A DNA stretch of 64,000 nucleotides from an uncultured Gemmatimonadaceae bacterium (GCA_963740355.1 CAVUDW010000003.1:2464001-2528000), one strand, 5' to 3'. Positions 1 to 9,684 are shown, numbered from the stretch's first letter. Notes: generated from the sequence alone by a model not told the origin. Numbers and translations are program-made.

Positions 1-318
1 ACGACCACTCGCGACCAGATGATCGCCAGCACCCAGCGCGGCGTCCTGGTCACGCGCCTCTGGTACCTCCGCGAGACCGACCCGCGCACCATGAGCTACA
101 CCGGCCTCACCCGTGACGGCACCTTCCTGATCGAGAACGGCAAGATCTCGAAGTCGATCAAGAACATGCGCTTCAACGAAAGCCCCCTCTTCCTCCTCAA
201 CAACGTCGAAGCCCTCGGCCCCGTCCGCCGCACCGCCAGCGACGGCCCCGGCACCCAGATCATGCCCATCCTGAAAGCCCGCGACTTCAACTTCACATCG
301 CTCTCAGACGCCGTGTAG
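1..318 (+). CDS. TldD/PmbA family protein (PmbA/TldE-like), 3' part only, runs off the window
   Basis: C-terminus MIASTQRGVLVTRLWYLRE...MRFNESP...DFNFTSLSDAV closely parallels the end of the 2306..3697 protein; the frame is open back to base 1. Confidence 0.85.
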   Translation, partial: TTTRDQMIASTQRGVLVTRLWYLRETDPRTMSYTGLTRDGTFLIENGKISKSIKNMRFNESPLFLLNNVEALGPVRRTASDGPGTQIMPILKARDFNFTSLSDAV

Positions 319-393
319 ATCGAACAGCGTCGGCGCCAAAGCTGGCAGCAGGCGCCGACGCCTCGTCCGTTCCCAAATTCCCTGCAGTTGCCC

Positions 394-516
394 TTCCCCG
401 CGGCTCCGCGTCCCCCGCGGCTCCGCGTGATACGTGTGGACGCCTCGAATCCCTCTCTCGGGCAACGCAGAGCGACGAAGCCACTACACGACTCACGCGG
501 AGCCGCGGGGAACTGC
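394..516. repeat. REP-like inverted pair, family 2 (CGCGGAGCCGCGGGGGACGCGGAG)
   Basis: cccgcggctccgcgtcccccgcggctccgcgtga followed about 60 nt later by tcacgcggagccgcgggg; same motif recurs near 29.1, 29.3, 42.75, 55.3 and 55.6 kb. Confidence 0.8.
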
Positions 517-674
517 TTTGAGGGGTGCGATGGCGCGGGAATCGTGCATGGTGGCAACCCGTCGGCCCGTGCACGAATCCAAATTGTCCCGTCAGCGTAT
601 TCCTGAGCGTGTGCCGAGCCATGAAGTTCGGCCGCTGATTTTTGCACCAGCACAGCCACCCGAGCCCCACTCGC

Positions 675-2309
675 ATGACAACCCGCCGGGATTTTCTGGC
701 CACCAGCGCCCTGGCCGCCGGAGCGATGGCCGTCGCGTCGTTGCCGGCTGAAGCCGAAGCCGCCGCACGTCGCTTCGCACCACAGCATCGACCGCACGTG
801 CAGCCGCCGATGGACGCGCCCACCAAGGATCTCTTGATGGCCGCGCTCAACTCCGCCAAGATGTCGGGCGCGTCCTTCGCCGACGCACGCATCGGGCGAA
901 CGCGCCGCAACTTCGTCATCACGCGCGAACAGCAGATCATCGAGATCGTCGACACCGACACCATGGGCTGCGGCATTCGCGCGCTGGTCGATGGATGTTG
1001 GGGCTTCGCCGCCACGCGCACGCTGACCGCCGACGGTGTTGCTGCCGCTGCGAAGGAAGCCGCCGCCATCGCGAAAGCCAATCGTGTCGCACGTGACCGC
1101 TCGGTCGAACTCGCGCCCGCCCCATCACTCGGCGAACGCACCTGGTCGAATGGCTTCACCATCGACCCGTGGAGCATCCCGATCGAGCAGAAGGCCGACC
1201 TGCTGCTGAAGGCGAACGCCGAAGCGATGAAGGTCGCCGGCGTGAAGTACGTCGCCAGCCAGATGTTCTTCGTCAAGGAAGAGAAGAACTACGCCAACAG
1301 CGAAGGCACCATCACCACGCAGACCATCGTGCGCAGCTGGGCGCCGATGAGCATCACCGCCATCTCGTCCGACTTCACCGACTTCCAGAGTCGCAGCAAC
1401 ACCGTGCAGCCCGCCGGTCGTGGCTACGAACACATCGTCGAAGCCGACATCGTCGGCAACGCACGCAAGTGGGGTGAGGAAGCGGCCGAGAAATTGAAGG
1501 CGAAGGCCGTCGAGCCGGGTCGCTACGATCTCGTGCTGCATCCGTCGCATCTCTGGCTCACCATTCACGAATCCGTCGGCCATCCGACTGAGCTCGATCG
1601 CGCCAGCGGTTACGAGGCCAACTACGCCGGCACCAGCTTCGTCAGCCCGCCAGAGAAGATTCTCGGCGCGCTCAAGTACGGACCGCCGATGTTGAACGTG
1701 CAGGGCGATCGTTCACAGCCTGGCGCCTGCGCCACGGTTGGCTACGATGACGAGGGTGTCGTGCCAGAGGACTTCCTGATCATCAAGAACGGCATCGTCA
1801 ACGACTACCAGACCACGCGCGAGCAGGCCAACTGGCTCAAGTGGTGGTACGACAAGAACGGCAAGCCGACACGCAGCCATGGCTGCTCATATGGTGACAA
1901 CTGGAGCAGCGTGCAGTTCCAGCGGATGCCGAACGTGTCGGTATTGCCTGGTGCGAAGGAGCAGTCATACGAGGACATCATCGCCGCTACTGACAAGGGC
2001 ATCGCAATCGTTGGCGACGGCAGCTTCTCCATCGACCAGCAGCGCTACAACGCGCAGTTCGGCGGCCAGCTGTTCTACGAGATCAAGGGTGGCAAGGTGA
2101 CTGGCATGCTGAAGGACGTGGCCTACCAGATGCGCACGCCGGAATTCTGGAACGCGCTCGACATGCTCGGCGGAAAGAAGAGCTACATGCTCGGCGCCAG
2201 CTTCTTCGATGGCAAGGGTCAGCCTGGCCAGTCCAATTCCGTCAGCCATGGCTGTCCGCCAACGCGTCACCGCCAGATCAACGTCATCAACACGGGACGC
2301 AAGGCATGA
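675..2309 (+). CDS. tldD: TldD family metalloprotease with twin-arginine (Tat) signal peptide
   Basis: MTTRRDFLA plus hydrophobic stretch and AEA; HESVGH metal motif; RMPN motif; GKGQPGQ...SHG C-terminus; ATG at 675 preferred over TTG at 642. Confidence 0.9.
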   Translation: MTTRRDFLATSALAAGAMAVASLPAEAEAAARRFAPQHRPHVQPPMDAPTKDLLMAALNSAKMSGASFADARIGRTRRNFVITREQQIIEIVDTDTMGCGIRALVDGCWGFAATRTLTADGVAAAAKEAAAIAKANRVARDRSVELAPAPSLGERTWSNGFTIDPWSIPIEQKADLLLKANAEAMKVAGVKYVASQMFFVKEEKNYANSEGTITTQTIVRSWAPMSITAISSDFTDFQSRSNTVQPAGRGYEHIVEADIVGNARKWGEEAAEKLKAKAVEPGRYDLVLHPSHLWLTIHESVGHPTELDRASGYEANYAGTSFVSPPEKILGALKYGPPMLNVQGDRSQPGACATVGYDDEGVVPEDFLIIKNGIVNDYQTTREQANWLKWWYDKNGKPTRSHGCSYGDNWSSVQFQRMPNVSVLPGAKEQSYEDIIAATDKGIAIVGDGSFSIDQQRYNAQFGGQLFYEIKGGKVTGMLKDVAYQMRTPEFWNALDMLGGKKSYMLGASFFDGKGQPGQSNSVSHGCPPTRHRQINVINTGRKA

Positions 2310-3697
2310 CATCGAAATTTGATCCCCGCGCCCCGAAGCGGCTGCTCGACGCAGCCGACGAACTTGTCTCGCGCGACGAAGCACAGCGTGTCATCGAGAG
2401 CGCCGTCAAGCTCTCGAAGGCCGATGCGGTACAGGTGAATCTCGGTGGTGGACGCCAGCGCAACGTGCGCTTCGCGGCTAACCAGATGTCCACTGCCGGT
2501 ATGGTGACCGACCTCTCGCTGGTCGTGACATCGAGCTTCGGCCCCAAGCACGCGATCACGACCACCAACGATCTGTCGCCCGAAGGCATCGAGCGGGCAG
2601 TTCGTCAGTCGGAGGCGATCGCGAAGCTCGCACCCGATGATCCGGAAGCGATGCCGTACCTGCCGCAGCAGAATGTCACGCCGGTCACAGCGGCGTGGGA
2701 CGAAGCGACGGTCAACCTGACCGCCGACGAATGCGCCAAGGCAGCGCTCACCGCGCTCGGTCCGGCCCGCACCAAGGGCTCAATCCAGGCCGCCGGCTTC
2801 CTGCAGGTGGATGCCAACGTGAATGCGCTCGGCAATAGTGCTGGCATGTTCCTCTATCACCGCGGCACGAAGTCGAACTACACGTTGACCGTGCGGACGG
2901 CTGACGGCACCGGTTCCGGATGGGCCGGCGCTGAGCAGCCGCAATTCTCGGCGGTCGACTTCGCGGGACTCAGTGCGCGTGCCATCGAGAAGGCGGAGCT
3001 GTCGCGCAATCCGGTGGCGATCGAGCCCGGACGCTACACCGTCATCCTCGAGCCACAGGCCGTCGGCGACCTCGTGTCATTGGTCGCGTTCTACGCCGAT
3101 GCGCGTGCGGCGGACGAAGGACGGTCGCCATTCGTCAAGCAGGGCGGCGGCAACAAGCTGGGCGAAAAGATCGCCGATGAACGCGTTTCGTTGTACAGCG
3201 ATCCGTTCGACCCGAAGATCCTCACGGATCCCTTCGATGGTGAGGGCTTCCCGCTCACCCGTCGCAACTGGATCGACAAGGGCGTGCTGAAGGAGATGCA
3301 GTACGGTCGGTTCTGGGCCAAGAAGCAGAACAAGCAGCCGACCGGCGGCGCGAACAACATCGTGTTGAGTGGTGGCAGCACGACGCGTGAGCAGATGATC
3401 GCGAGCACCCAGCGTGGCATTCTCGTCACGCGCCTGTGGTATCTGCGCGAAGTCGATCCACGCACGCTGCTCTACACCGGCCTCACGCGCGACGGCACGT
3501 TCCTGATCGAGAATGGCAAGATCACGAAGGCGATCAAGAACATGCGCTTCAACGAGAGCCCGCTGTTCATGCTCAACAACATCGACGCACTCGGTCCCAC
3601 GGAGCGCGTTGCGGGCATCGAGGCAGGCATTCCCTGCGTCATGCCGTTGCTGAAGGCGAAAGACTTCAACTTCACGTCGCTCTCGGACGCCGTCTGA
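2306..3697 (+). CDS. TldD/PmbA family protein (PmbA/TldE-like partner)
   Basis: ATGA overlap with tldD; VRFAANQ, EPGRYTVILEP, DGEG and TGLTRDGTF motifs; no HExxxH. Confidence 0.88.
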   Translation: MTSKFDPRAPKRLLDAADELVSRDEAQRVIESAVKLSKADAVQVNLGGGRQRNVRFAANQMSTAGMVTDLSLVVTSSFGPKHAITTTNDLSPEGIERAVRQSEAIAKLAPDDPEAMPYLPQQNVTPVTAAWDEATVNLTADECAKAALTALGPARTKGSIQAAGFLQVDANVNALGNSAGMFLYHRGTKSNYTLTVRTADGTGSGWAGAEQPQFSAVDFAGLSARAIEKAELSRNPVAIEPGRYTVILEPQAVGDLVSLVAFYADARAADEGRSPFVKQGGGNKLGEKIADERVSLYSDPFDPKILTDPFDGEGFPLTRRNWIDKGVLKEMQYGRFWAKKQNKQPTGGANNIVLSGGSTTREQMIASTQRGILVTRLWYLREVDPRTLLYTGLTRDGTFLIENGKITKAIKNMRFNESPLFMLNNIDALGPTERVAGIEAGIPCVMPLLKAKDFNFTSLSDAV

Positions 3698-3742
3698 GGC
3701 GGAGCGCGGCTGGCAGAGTCGAACGAGCCGAGTCAAAACAGG

Positions 3743-3775
3743 AACGCCGCCCCGAGAATCTCGGAGCGGCGTTTC
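3743..3775. terminator. Probable intrinsic terminator hairpin between the convergent pmbA-like gene and tRNA
   Basis: aacgccgc(c)ccgag-aat-ctcgg(a)gcggcgtt followed by a short T tract. Confidence 0.6.
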
Positions 3776-3786
3776 TGCTTGCAGAG

Positions 3787-3858
3787 CTGGGGCGGCAGGA
3801 CTCGAACCTGCAACATCCCGGTTAACAGCCGGGTGGTCTGCCATTGACCTACACCCCA
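3787..3858 (-). tRNA. tRNA-Asn (GTT), CCA not encoded
   Basis: Minus strand reads TGGGGTG...CCCGG-CTGTTAA-CCGGG...GCAGG-TTCGAGT-CCTGC-CGCCCCA-G; cloverleaf stems pair; anticodon GTT. Confidence 0.95.
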
Positions 3859-3951
3859 TCACGGACTCACAACTTGTCAGCGCCAGGGAGAAAAGTGTAG
3901 GCCTTCGGACCAGAATGCTGCTGGACCGTGACCTCAGCCGAATCGTGACGA

Positions 3952-4236
3952 CTACTTCTTCTCAGGCGCCTTGGCTGCAGTATCGGCAGCAGGAGCCGCG
4001 GCAGGCGTGGCTGTCGAGTCCGCTGCCGGAGCTGCGGCCGCCTTCCCGTTGTTCGGATTCTTGTCCGCACCGGCGGCATTCAGGTAGCCCGGGGTGCTGC
4101 CGATCGAGCCATTGGCGCCAGCGCCGCCGTACGGGACGGCCGTATCGCCCTTTCCGGGGCTATCGGCGGTCTTCTCGCACGCCGTGGTCAGGACGACGGC
4201 GGCAATCAGCAGCGAGGCAAGGCGAACGGTCCGCAT
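3952..4236 (-). CDS. Small Ala/Pro-rich lipoprotein
   Basis: Signal peptide ending in lipobox-like LTTAC; low-complexity tail; GGAG RBS upstream. Confidence 0.75.
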   Translation of the reverse strand: MRTVRLASLLIAAVVLTTACEKTADSPGKGDTAVPYGGAGANGSIGSTPGYLNAAGADKNPNNGKAAAAPAADSTATPAAAPAADTAAKAPEKK

Positions 4237-4340
4237 TCAGGCTCCAGAAATCGTGGCAATGTTCGGGTGATGCGGAAAGTTAGTCAGGCCGCGCAACGGC
4301 GTGGACTGCAGGGGGGCAGGTCGCGTACGACTGGACCCCA

Positions 4341-4673
4341 TCACTTCCGGAGGAGCAGCTTCCGGCGCTGCCGGATCTCCGTCTCGAGCCGGGCGCACAT
4401 CAGGTCACACAGCTGGAAGACGCTCTTGTCGGCGAGGGCGTAGTACACGAACAACCCTTCCTTTCGCCGGACGACGAAGCCGAGGGAAAAGAGCATCTGC
4501 AGGTGCTTCGACACATTCGCCTGGCCGAAGCCAGTGGCATCGACCAGCTCGCCGACCGTACGCTCACCGCTGCGCAGCGTGTTGAGGATCTCGAGGCGCG
4601 CAGGCTCGGCCAGTGCCTTGAACTTGTCGGCGACCAACGCGAGCACTTCGGGCGTCATTTCGAGACTTGGCAT
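4341..4673 (-). CDS. ArsR/SmtB family transcriptional regulator
   Basis: FKALAEPARLEIL...QANVSKHL...RRKEG..VYY winged HTH; C-terminal CDLMC. Confidence 0.92.
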   Translation of the reverse strand: MPSLEMTPEVLALVADKFKALAEPARLEILNTLRSGERTVGELVDATGFGQANVSKHLQMLFSLGFVVRRKEGLFVYYALADKSVFQLCDLMCARLETEIRQRRKLLLRK

Positions 4674-4741
4674 TCAAACTCCATTCCCGGTTCGGGAGGT
4701 AGACAGCACGCGCGACAGCCGGCCGCGCGAGACAAGAGCGT

Positions 4742-6202
4742 TCAGTGAGCGGTGACCGACGCCGATGCGCCAACCGAATGTTCCACGGGAAGGTTTGCGG
4801 CTTCCCACGCTGCAAAGCCGCCTGACATGTTCATCACGTTCGTGAATCCATGTGCGCGCATCAGGCTCGCCCCGATCGCTGATCGCGCGCCGCCCTGACA
4901 GTGCAGCACCAGTGGACTCGAGGTCGGCAACTCGGCCAGATGATCGGTGAGGTAGCCGAGCGGAATGTTCGCGACGCCGGGCAGGTGACCCGCCTCCCAT
5001 TCCGTCGCGCCTCGCACATCCAGCACCGTCACTTCTCCGGCCTTGATTCGTTTCGCCACCTCGTCCGGCGACAGCTGCGGCATCGTGGCCAACATCCGGC
5101 CAGCGGCCGTTTCTGCACCGAGGGCGTCGATACCGAAGAATCCCGCAACGTGATCGAGGCCGATCATGGCGAGGTCACGCACCGCGGTGTCGATTGCGCT
5201 ACTGTCGCCGTCGTCATCGACCAGCAGGTAAAACGGCTGGTCGAAGGCCAGCATCCAACCCGCCCACGTGTTGAAGCTCTTGTTGAGCGGGATGTTGATC
5301 GTGCCCGGCACGAAGGCGTCCGCGTACGCCGTCGCCGATCGTGTATCGACCACGCTTGCGCCACTCGCCACCAGCTCTGCCAATCGTGATGGGGCGAGTC
5401 GTTCGGGACGCGTGAAGCCGTTCAGGATCGCTGGACCAATCTTGTTGATCCGCTTCATCTCGGCGAAGTATTTCGGCGGCTCGGGCTGGCCAGCCAATAC
5501 CGCGTCGACGAACTCCTGCTCATCGCTGATCACCAGTCCCCAGTTCGCGACCTTTTCATAGCCGATTGTCGTCATCGGTACTGCGCCCAGTGCCTTGCCG
5601 CACGCCGAACCCGCGCCGTGGCCGGGCCAGATCTGCAGGTGATCCGGCAGTTGCTTGAAGGCCTGCAGGCTGTGGAACAGTGTGCGGGCACCGGCCTCCA
5701 TCGTGCCCATCACCTTGGCGGCTTTCTCCAGCAGGTCGGGCCGACCGACATCGCCCACGAAAACGAAGTCACCAGTCAGCACGCCCATCGGGCCAGCCGA
5801 CGCCGGCGTGTCAGTGACCACGAACGACAGGTGCTCCGGTGTGTGACCTGGTGTGTGCAGGACTTCGAACTTGAGATTGCCAACCATGAACACATCGTGG
5901 TCATGCAGCAATGTCGCGTGCGACTGACTTGCGAAGGCGTATTTCCAGTCGGCATCACCTTCATCGGAGAGCAGCAATTGCGCGCCCGTGCGCTGCGCGA
6001 GCTCACGGCTTCCGGAGACGAAATCGGCGTGGATGTGTGTCTCGGTGACATGCGTCACGCGCAGCCCTTCCTCATCGGCCGCGTCGATGTACTGCGCCAC
6101 GTCGCGGTTGGCGTCCACGACCAGCGCTTCACCGGTGGCCTGGCAGCCGATCAGGTAGCTCGCCTGCGCGAGCTTGGTGTCATAGAATCGCTTGAGCAGC
6201 AC
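4742..6202 (-). CDS. MBL-fold persulfide dioxygenase-rhodanese fusion (CstB-like)
   Basis: THIHADF, HTPGHT, GDVGRPDL and PGHGAGSACG motifs; inactive rhodanese-like domain then catalytic rhodanese HCQGGARS. Confidence 0.88.
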   Translation of the reverse strand: MLLKRFYDTKLAQASYLIGCQATGEALVVDANRDVAQYIDAADEEGLRVTHVTETHIHADFVSGSRELAQRTGAQLLLSDEGDADWKYAFASQSHATLLHDHDVFMVGNLKFEVLHTPGHTPEHLSFVVTDTPASAGPMGVLTGDFVFVGDVGRPDLLEKAAKVMGTMEAGARTLFHSLQAFKQLPDHLQIWPGHGAGSACGKALGAVPMTTIGYEKVANWGLVISDEQEFVDAVLAGQPEPPKYFAEMKRINKIGPAILNGFTRPERLAPSRLAELVASGASVVDTRSATAYADAFVPGTINIPLNKSFNTWAGWMLAFDQPFYLLVDDDGDSSAIDTAVRDLAMIGLDHVAGFFGIDALGAETAAGRMLATMPQLSPDEVAKRIKAGEVTVLDVRGATEWEAGHLPGVANIPLGYLTDHLAELPTSSPLVLHCQGGARSAIGASLMRAHGFTNVMNMSGGFAAWEAANLPVEHSVGASASVTAH

Positions 6203-7058
6203 GGTCGCTGTCTCCCGCTCCGATGGAGCTGGTAAGTGTCACCGCGTCGTGGTCGCGCAGCGCTGACGCATGTCGCACGTCAGGCGGCGGGAAGAACACA
6301 CTGCGGTTCTTGTACAGGATGAACGAGCCCATCACGATCAGGAACAACGAGAACGCCTGCTTCAGCGCGCGCTGCGAGATGAATCGGACGAGGTACGCGC
6401 CGGCGAGGATGCCACTGACCGCGAAGGCCGTGAAGGTGGCCATGAACAACCATGGCACCTCGACTGCGCCGAGGTATCCGGCGAAGCCTGACGCCGAGTT
6501 CATGGCGATCACCAGCAGCGACGTGCCGACGGCCTGCTTCATTGGTGCTCTGGCGAGGATCACGAGGGCGGGCACCACCAGGAATCCGCCGCCGATCCCG
6601 ACCACACCCGTCATCACACCCACCGCCAACGCGACTGGAATCAGCAGCGCCAACGGCATCGTGCGCGACGGTTCGGTCGCGGTGTTCTGTGCCGACGGTG
6701 TCCGTCTCGCCGAGCGGAACATCAACACCGCCGCTACCACCATCACGACCGCCAGCAGCGACAGTTGCACCTGTCCGTTGAGCAGCACGGCGAGCTTGGC
6801 GCCGGCGAACGCACCGAGCATGGCGATCACGCCGAACATGCCGGCCGCCTTCAGGTCGACGTTGCCGGCCTTCCAGTGCCCCCACGCCCCAACGAGGCTG
6901 GTCACGCCGACGACCGGCAGGCTCATCGCAATGGCCAGCTTCGGGTCGTAGCCGAGCACGTAGACGAAGATGGGCACGGTCAAGATCGACCCGCCCCCGC
7001 CCATGACCCCGAGCGAGAGCCCCACCACCGTCGCCAGCACGTATCCCAGCACGATCAC
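6180..7058 (-). CDS. Sulfite exporter TauE/SafE family membrane protein
   Basis: Duplicated GxxGxGGG motifs (GVMGGGGSIL, GVVGIGGGF), AVGTSL, about 8 TM helices. Confidence 0.9.
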   Translation of the reverse strand: MIVLGYVLATVVGLSLGVMGGGGSILTVPIFVYVLGYDPKLAIAMSLPVVGVTSLVGAWGHWKAGNVDLKAAGMFGVIAMLGAFAGAKLAVLLNGQVQLSLLAVVMVVAAVLMFRSARRTPSAQNTATEPSRTMPLALLIPVALAVGVMTGVVGIGGGFLVVPALVILARAPMKQAVGTSLLVIAMNSASGFAGYLGAVEVPWLFMATFTAFAVSGILAGAYLVRFISQRALKQAFSLFLIVMGSFILYKNRSVFFPPPDVRHASALRDHDAVTLTSSIGAGDSDRAAQAIL

Positions 7059-7088
7059 GCCGCCCCCCTCACGCTAGATCCCGTCATC

Positions 7089-7117
7089 ATTATACAACCA
7101 TGTAGTTGTTTATGCAA
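7089..7117 (-). promoter_or_regulatory. sigma70-type promoter of tauE-cstB-arsR with overlapping palindrome (candidate ArsR operator)
   Basis: Minus strand TTGCAT-N17-TATAAT; ACAAC-N6-GTTGT palindrome at 7094..7109 covers the spacer. Confidence 0.75.
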
Positions 7118-7134
7118 CAAGAGAGGCTGTTACT

Positions 7135-7990
7135 TCAGGGGCAACGGCACAATGCAAAACGGAAATGCCGCAGAACGGAACAGCAAATCGCAGGGGCGCA
7201 AAGGCGCAGCGAACTTCACGAAAGACCGCGAACGGCCTTGTCGCAAAACAGAAAACGGCGATACGGCAAACAGCCGCCAAACTGCCAACAGCCGCAAAAC
7301 TGCGTGTGCCGGACCTGGCTCATCGAACGTCCAGAGTCCTTCTCTGGAGGGAACTGCTCTCCCATCCAGCGTCAGGCTCCCCCGGCCTCGTCCAGCCCCA
7401 CACCGTCCTCACCCCGCGCACCCATCCGAGTCAGTCGCTGTTGCCCTTCTGCGGCTGTTCTGTTCTGCGGCTGTTCACTTCTGCGTTAAAGCAGTTGCCG
7501 TTCGCCGTCGCCGTTCCAAAACGAGGTCGCAGTTTTGCGGCTGTCGCCCCACCCCGCGGCTGACGCTGTACCGCGGCTCTCAGTTCTGCGTCAAAGCAGT
7601 TCGTAGTTGCCGTTCGCCGTTGCCGTTCCAAAGCGCCGTTGAAGTTCTGCGGCTGTCGCCCCACCCCGCGGCCGTCGCTGTACCGCGGCTCTCAGTTCTG
7701 CGTCAAAGCAGTTCGTAGTTGCCGTTCGCCGTTGCCGTTCCAAAGCGCCGTTGCAGTTCTGCGGCTGTCGCCCCACCCCGCGGCCGTCGCTGTACCGCGG
7801 TTCTCAGTTCTGCGTCAAAGCAGTTCGTAGTTGCCGTTCGCCGTTGCCGTTCCAAAACGCCGTTGCAGTTTGGCGGCTGTCGCCCCACCCGCGGCTGTCG
7901 CTGTACCGCGGTTTTCAGTTCCGCGTCACGGCAGTTCGTAGTTGCAGTTCTCCGCGCCTCCGCGTCTCTGCGATTCGCAGTTTCGCAGAG
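7135..7990. repeat. Family 1 bipartite inverted-repeat element with a 4x112-bp tandem expansion
   Basis: A-rich arm (aatcgcaggggcgcaaaggcgcag, aacagccgcaaaactgcg) and T-rich arm (ctgcggctgttctgttctgcggctgttcacttctgcgttaaagcagttgc); tandem units start at 7493, 7605, 7717 and 7829. Confidence 0.88.
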
Positions 7991-8007
7991 ACGCAAAACA
8001 AGAGCAC

Positions 8008-9684
8008 TCAGACGCGAACGAGCTTCTTGTACCGCACCCGATGCGGCTGGTCGGCGTCCGAACCCTTACGCCGCTTCAGATCCTCGATGTAAGCCTGGTA
8101 GTTGCCTTCGAACCAGACCGTCTCGGAATCACCTTCGAACGCCAGGATGTGCGTCGCGATTCGGTCAAGGAACCAACGATCGTGGCTGATCACCACCGCG
8201 CAGCCGCTGAAGTCGAGCAGCGCGTCTTCGAGCGCGCGCAGCGTGTCGACATCGAGGTCGTTGGTTGGTTCGTCGAGGAGCAACAGGTTGCCGCCGCTCA
8301 TCAGCGTCTTCGCGAGGAAGAGGCGATTCCGTTCACCGCCTGACAAATTCGCCACCAGCTTCTGCTGGTCCGCGCCGCGGAAGCCGAAGCCGCTCACGTA
8401 GGCGCGCGAGTTCAGTTCGCGCGTGCCAACCGGGATCATCTCGCGACGACCACTCACCTCTTCCCACACTGTGCGTGCACCATCCAGCGTACGCGTCTGG
8501 TCGCCGTAGCCGATCTGTACCGTCGAACCCAGCGTCAGTGAACCACCGTCCGGCTGCTCGGTGCCCGTGATCATGCGGAAAAGCGTCGTCTTGCCAGCGC
8601 CGTTCGGGCCGATGATGCCCACGATGCCAGCGCGCGGCAGGTCGAACGAGAGCTGGTCGTACAACAGCACGTCGCCGTAGCCCTTCTTCAGGTTCTTCGC
8701 GATCACGACGTCGGCACCAAGGCGCGGTGCGGGCGGAATCACGATTTCGTGATTGTACGCGCGCTCCTGACCCAGCTCGCCGGCCAGGTCTTCGTACGCC
8801 TGCAAGCGGGCCTTGTTCTTCGCCTGGCGCGCTTTCGGCGCCATCCGCACCCATTCCAGCTCGCGATCGAGCGTCTTCTGCTTCTGGCTCGCCTGCTTCT
8901 CTTCCGTCTTCAGGCGTGCCGCCTTCTGCTCCAGCCAGCCCGTGTAGTTCCCTTCCCACGGAATGCCCTTGCCTCGATCCAGCTCGAGGATGTACTGCGC
9001 CACGTTGTCGAGGAAGTATCGATCATGCGTGATCGCGATGACCGTTCCTGCGAATTCAGCGAGGTATCGTTCCAGCCACGCCACACTTTCCGCGTCGAGA
9101 TGGTTCGTCGGTTCATCGAGCAGCAGCATGTCCGGCTGCTCCAGCAGCACACGACAGAGCGCCACGCGACGACGTTCACCACCCGACAACACCGTCACGT
9201 CGGCATCCGGCGGCGGGCAGCGCAGCGCGTCCATCGCGATCTCGACCTTGTTGTCCAGGTTCCAGAGATCCATCGTGTCGATCTGCTCCTGCACCTTCGC
9301 CTGCTCGGCCAGCAGCTTGTCCATCGCCGCGTCGTCCATCGGCTCGCCGAAGGCCATGCTGATCTCATTGAAGCGATCGAGCAGGGCACGCTGCGCCTTC
9401 ACCGCAACTTCGACGTTGCCGCGCACATCGAGCGTCGGATCGAGCTGTGGTTCCTGCGGCAGGTAGCCGATGCGCGTGCCCTTGTGGGCCCACGCTTCGC
9501 CCTGAAACTCGGTGTCCACGCCGGCCATGATCCGCAGCAGCGAGCTCTTGCCCGCGCCGTTGCCGCCGAGCACGCCGATTTTCGCGCCCGGGTAGAACGA
9601 GAGCCAGATGTCGTCGAGGATGACCTTCGAAGGCTGAACCACCTTCTTCAGGCCCTTCATGACGTAAATGAACTGTGGAGCCAC
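8008..9684 (-). CDS. ettA: Energy-dependent translational throttle protein EttA (ABC-F)
   Basis: QFIYVM...IWLSFYPGAKIGVLG.NGAGKS; two ABC domains; ELEWVR..PKARQAK linker; PHRVRYKKL end; GTG start at 9684. Confidence 0.95.
   Translation of the reverse strand: MAPQFIYVMKGLKKVVQPSKVILDDIWLSFYPGAKIGVLGGNGAGKSSLLRIMAGVDTEFQGEAWAHKGTRIGYLPQEPQLDPTLDVRGNVEVAVKAQRALLDRFNEISMAFGEPMDDAAMDKLLAEQAKVQEQIDTMDLWNLDNKVEIAMDALRCPPPDADVTVLSGGERRRVALCRVLLEQPDMLLLDEPTNHLDAESVAWLERYLAEFAGTVIAITHDRYFLDNVAQYILELDRGKGIPWEGNYTGWLEQKAARLKTEEKQASQKQKTLDRELEWVRMAPKARQAKNKARLQAYEDLAGELGQERAYNHEIVIPPAPRLGADVVIAKNLKKGYGDVLLYDQLSFDLPRAGIVGIIGPNGAGKTTLFRMITGTEQPDGGSLTLGSTVQIGYGDQTRTLDGARTVWEEVSGRREMIPVGTRELNSRAYVSGFGFRGADQQKLVANLSGGERNRLFLAKTLMSGGNLLLLDEPTNDLDVDTLRALEDALLDFSGCAVVISHDRWFLDRIATHILAFEGDSETVWFEGNYQAYIEDLKRRKGSDADQPHRVRYKKLVRV

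Noticed and set aside
3787..7058. tRNA-anchored genomic island carrying the sulfur operon
   Set aside because: No integrase, no duplicated tRNA 3' end seen, and the operon lies on the tRNA 5' side
7493..7945. CRISPR array
   Set aside because: The whole 112-bp unit repeats with no unique spacers; no cas genes in the window
6765..8189. Short ORFs within repeat DNA (also 31268..31783, 43453..44697, 47451..48543, 53323..54184, 58045..58894)
   Set aside because: Low-complexity translations (TATA/AVAV/LQLQ) of stop-poor repeat arms with no protein family features
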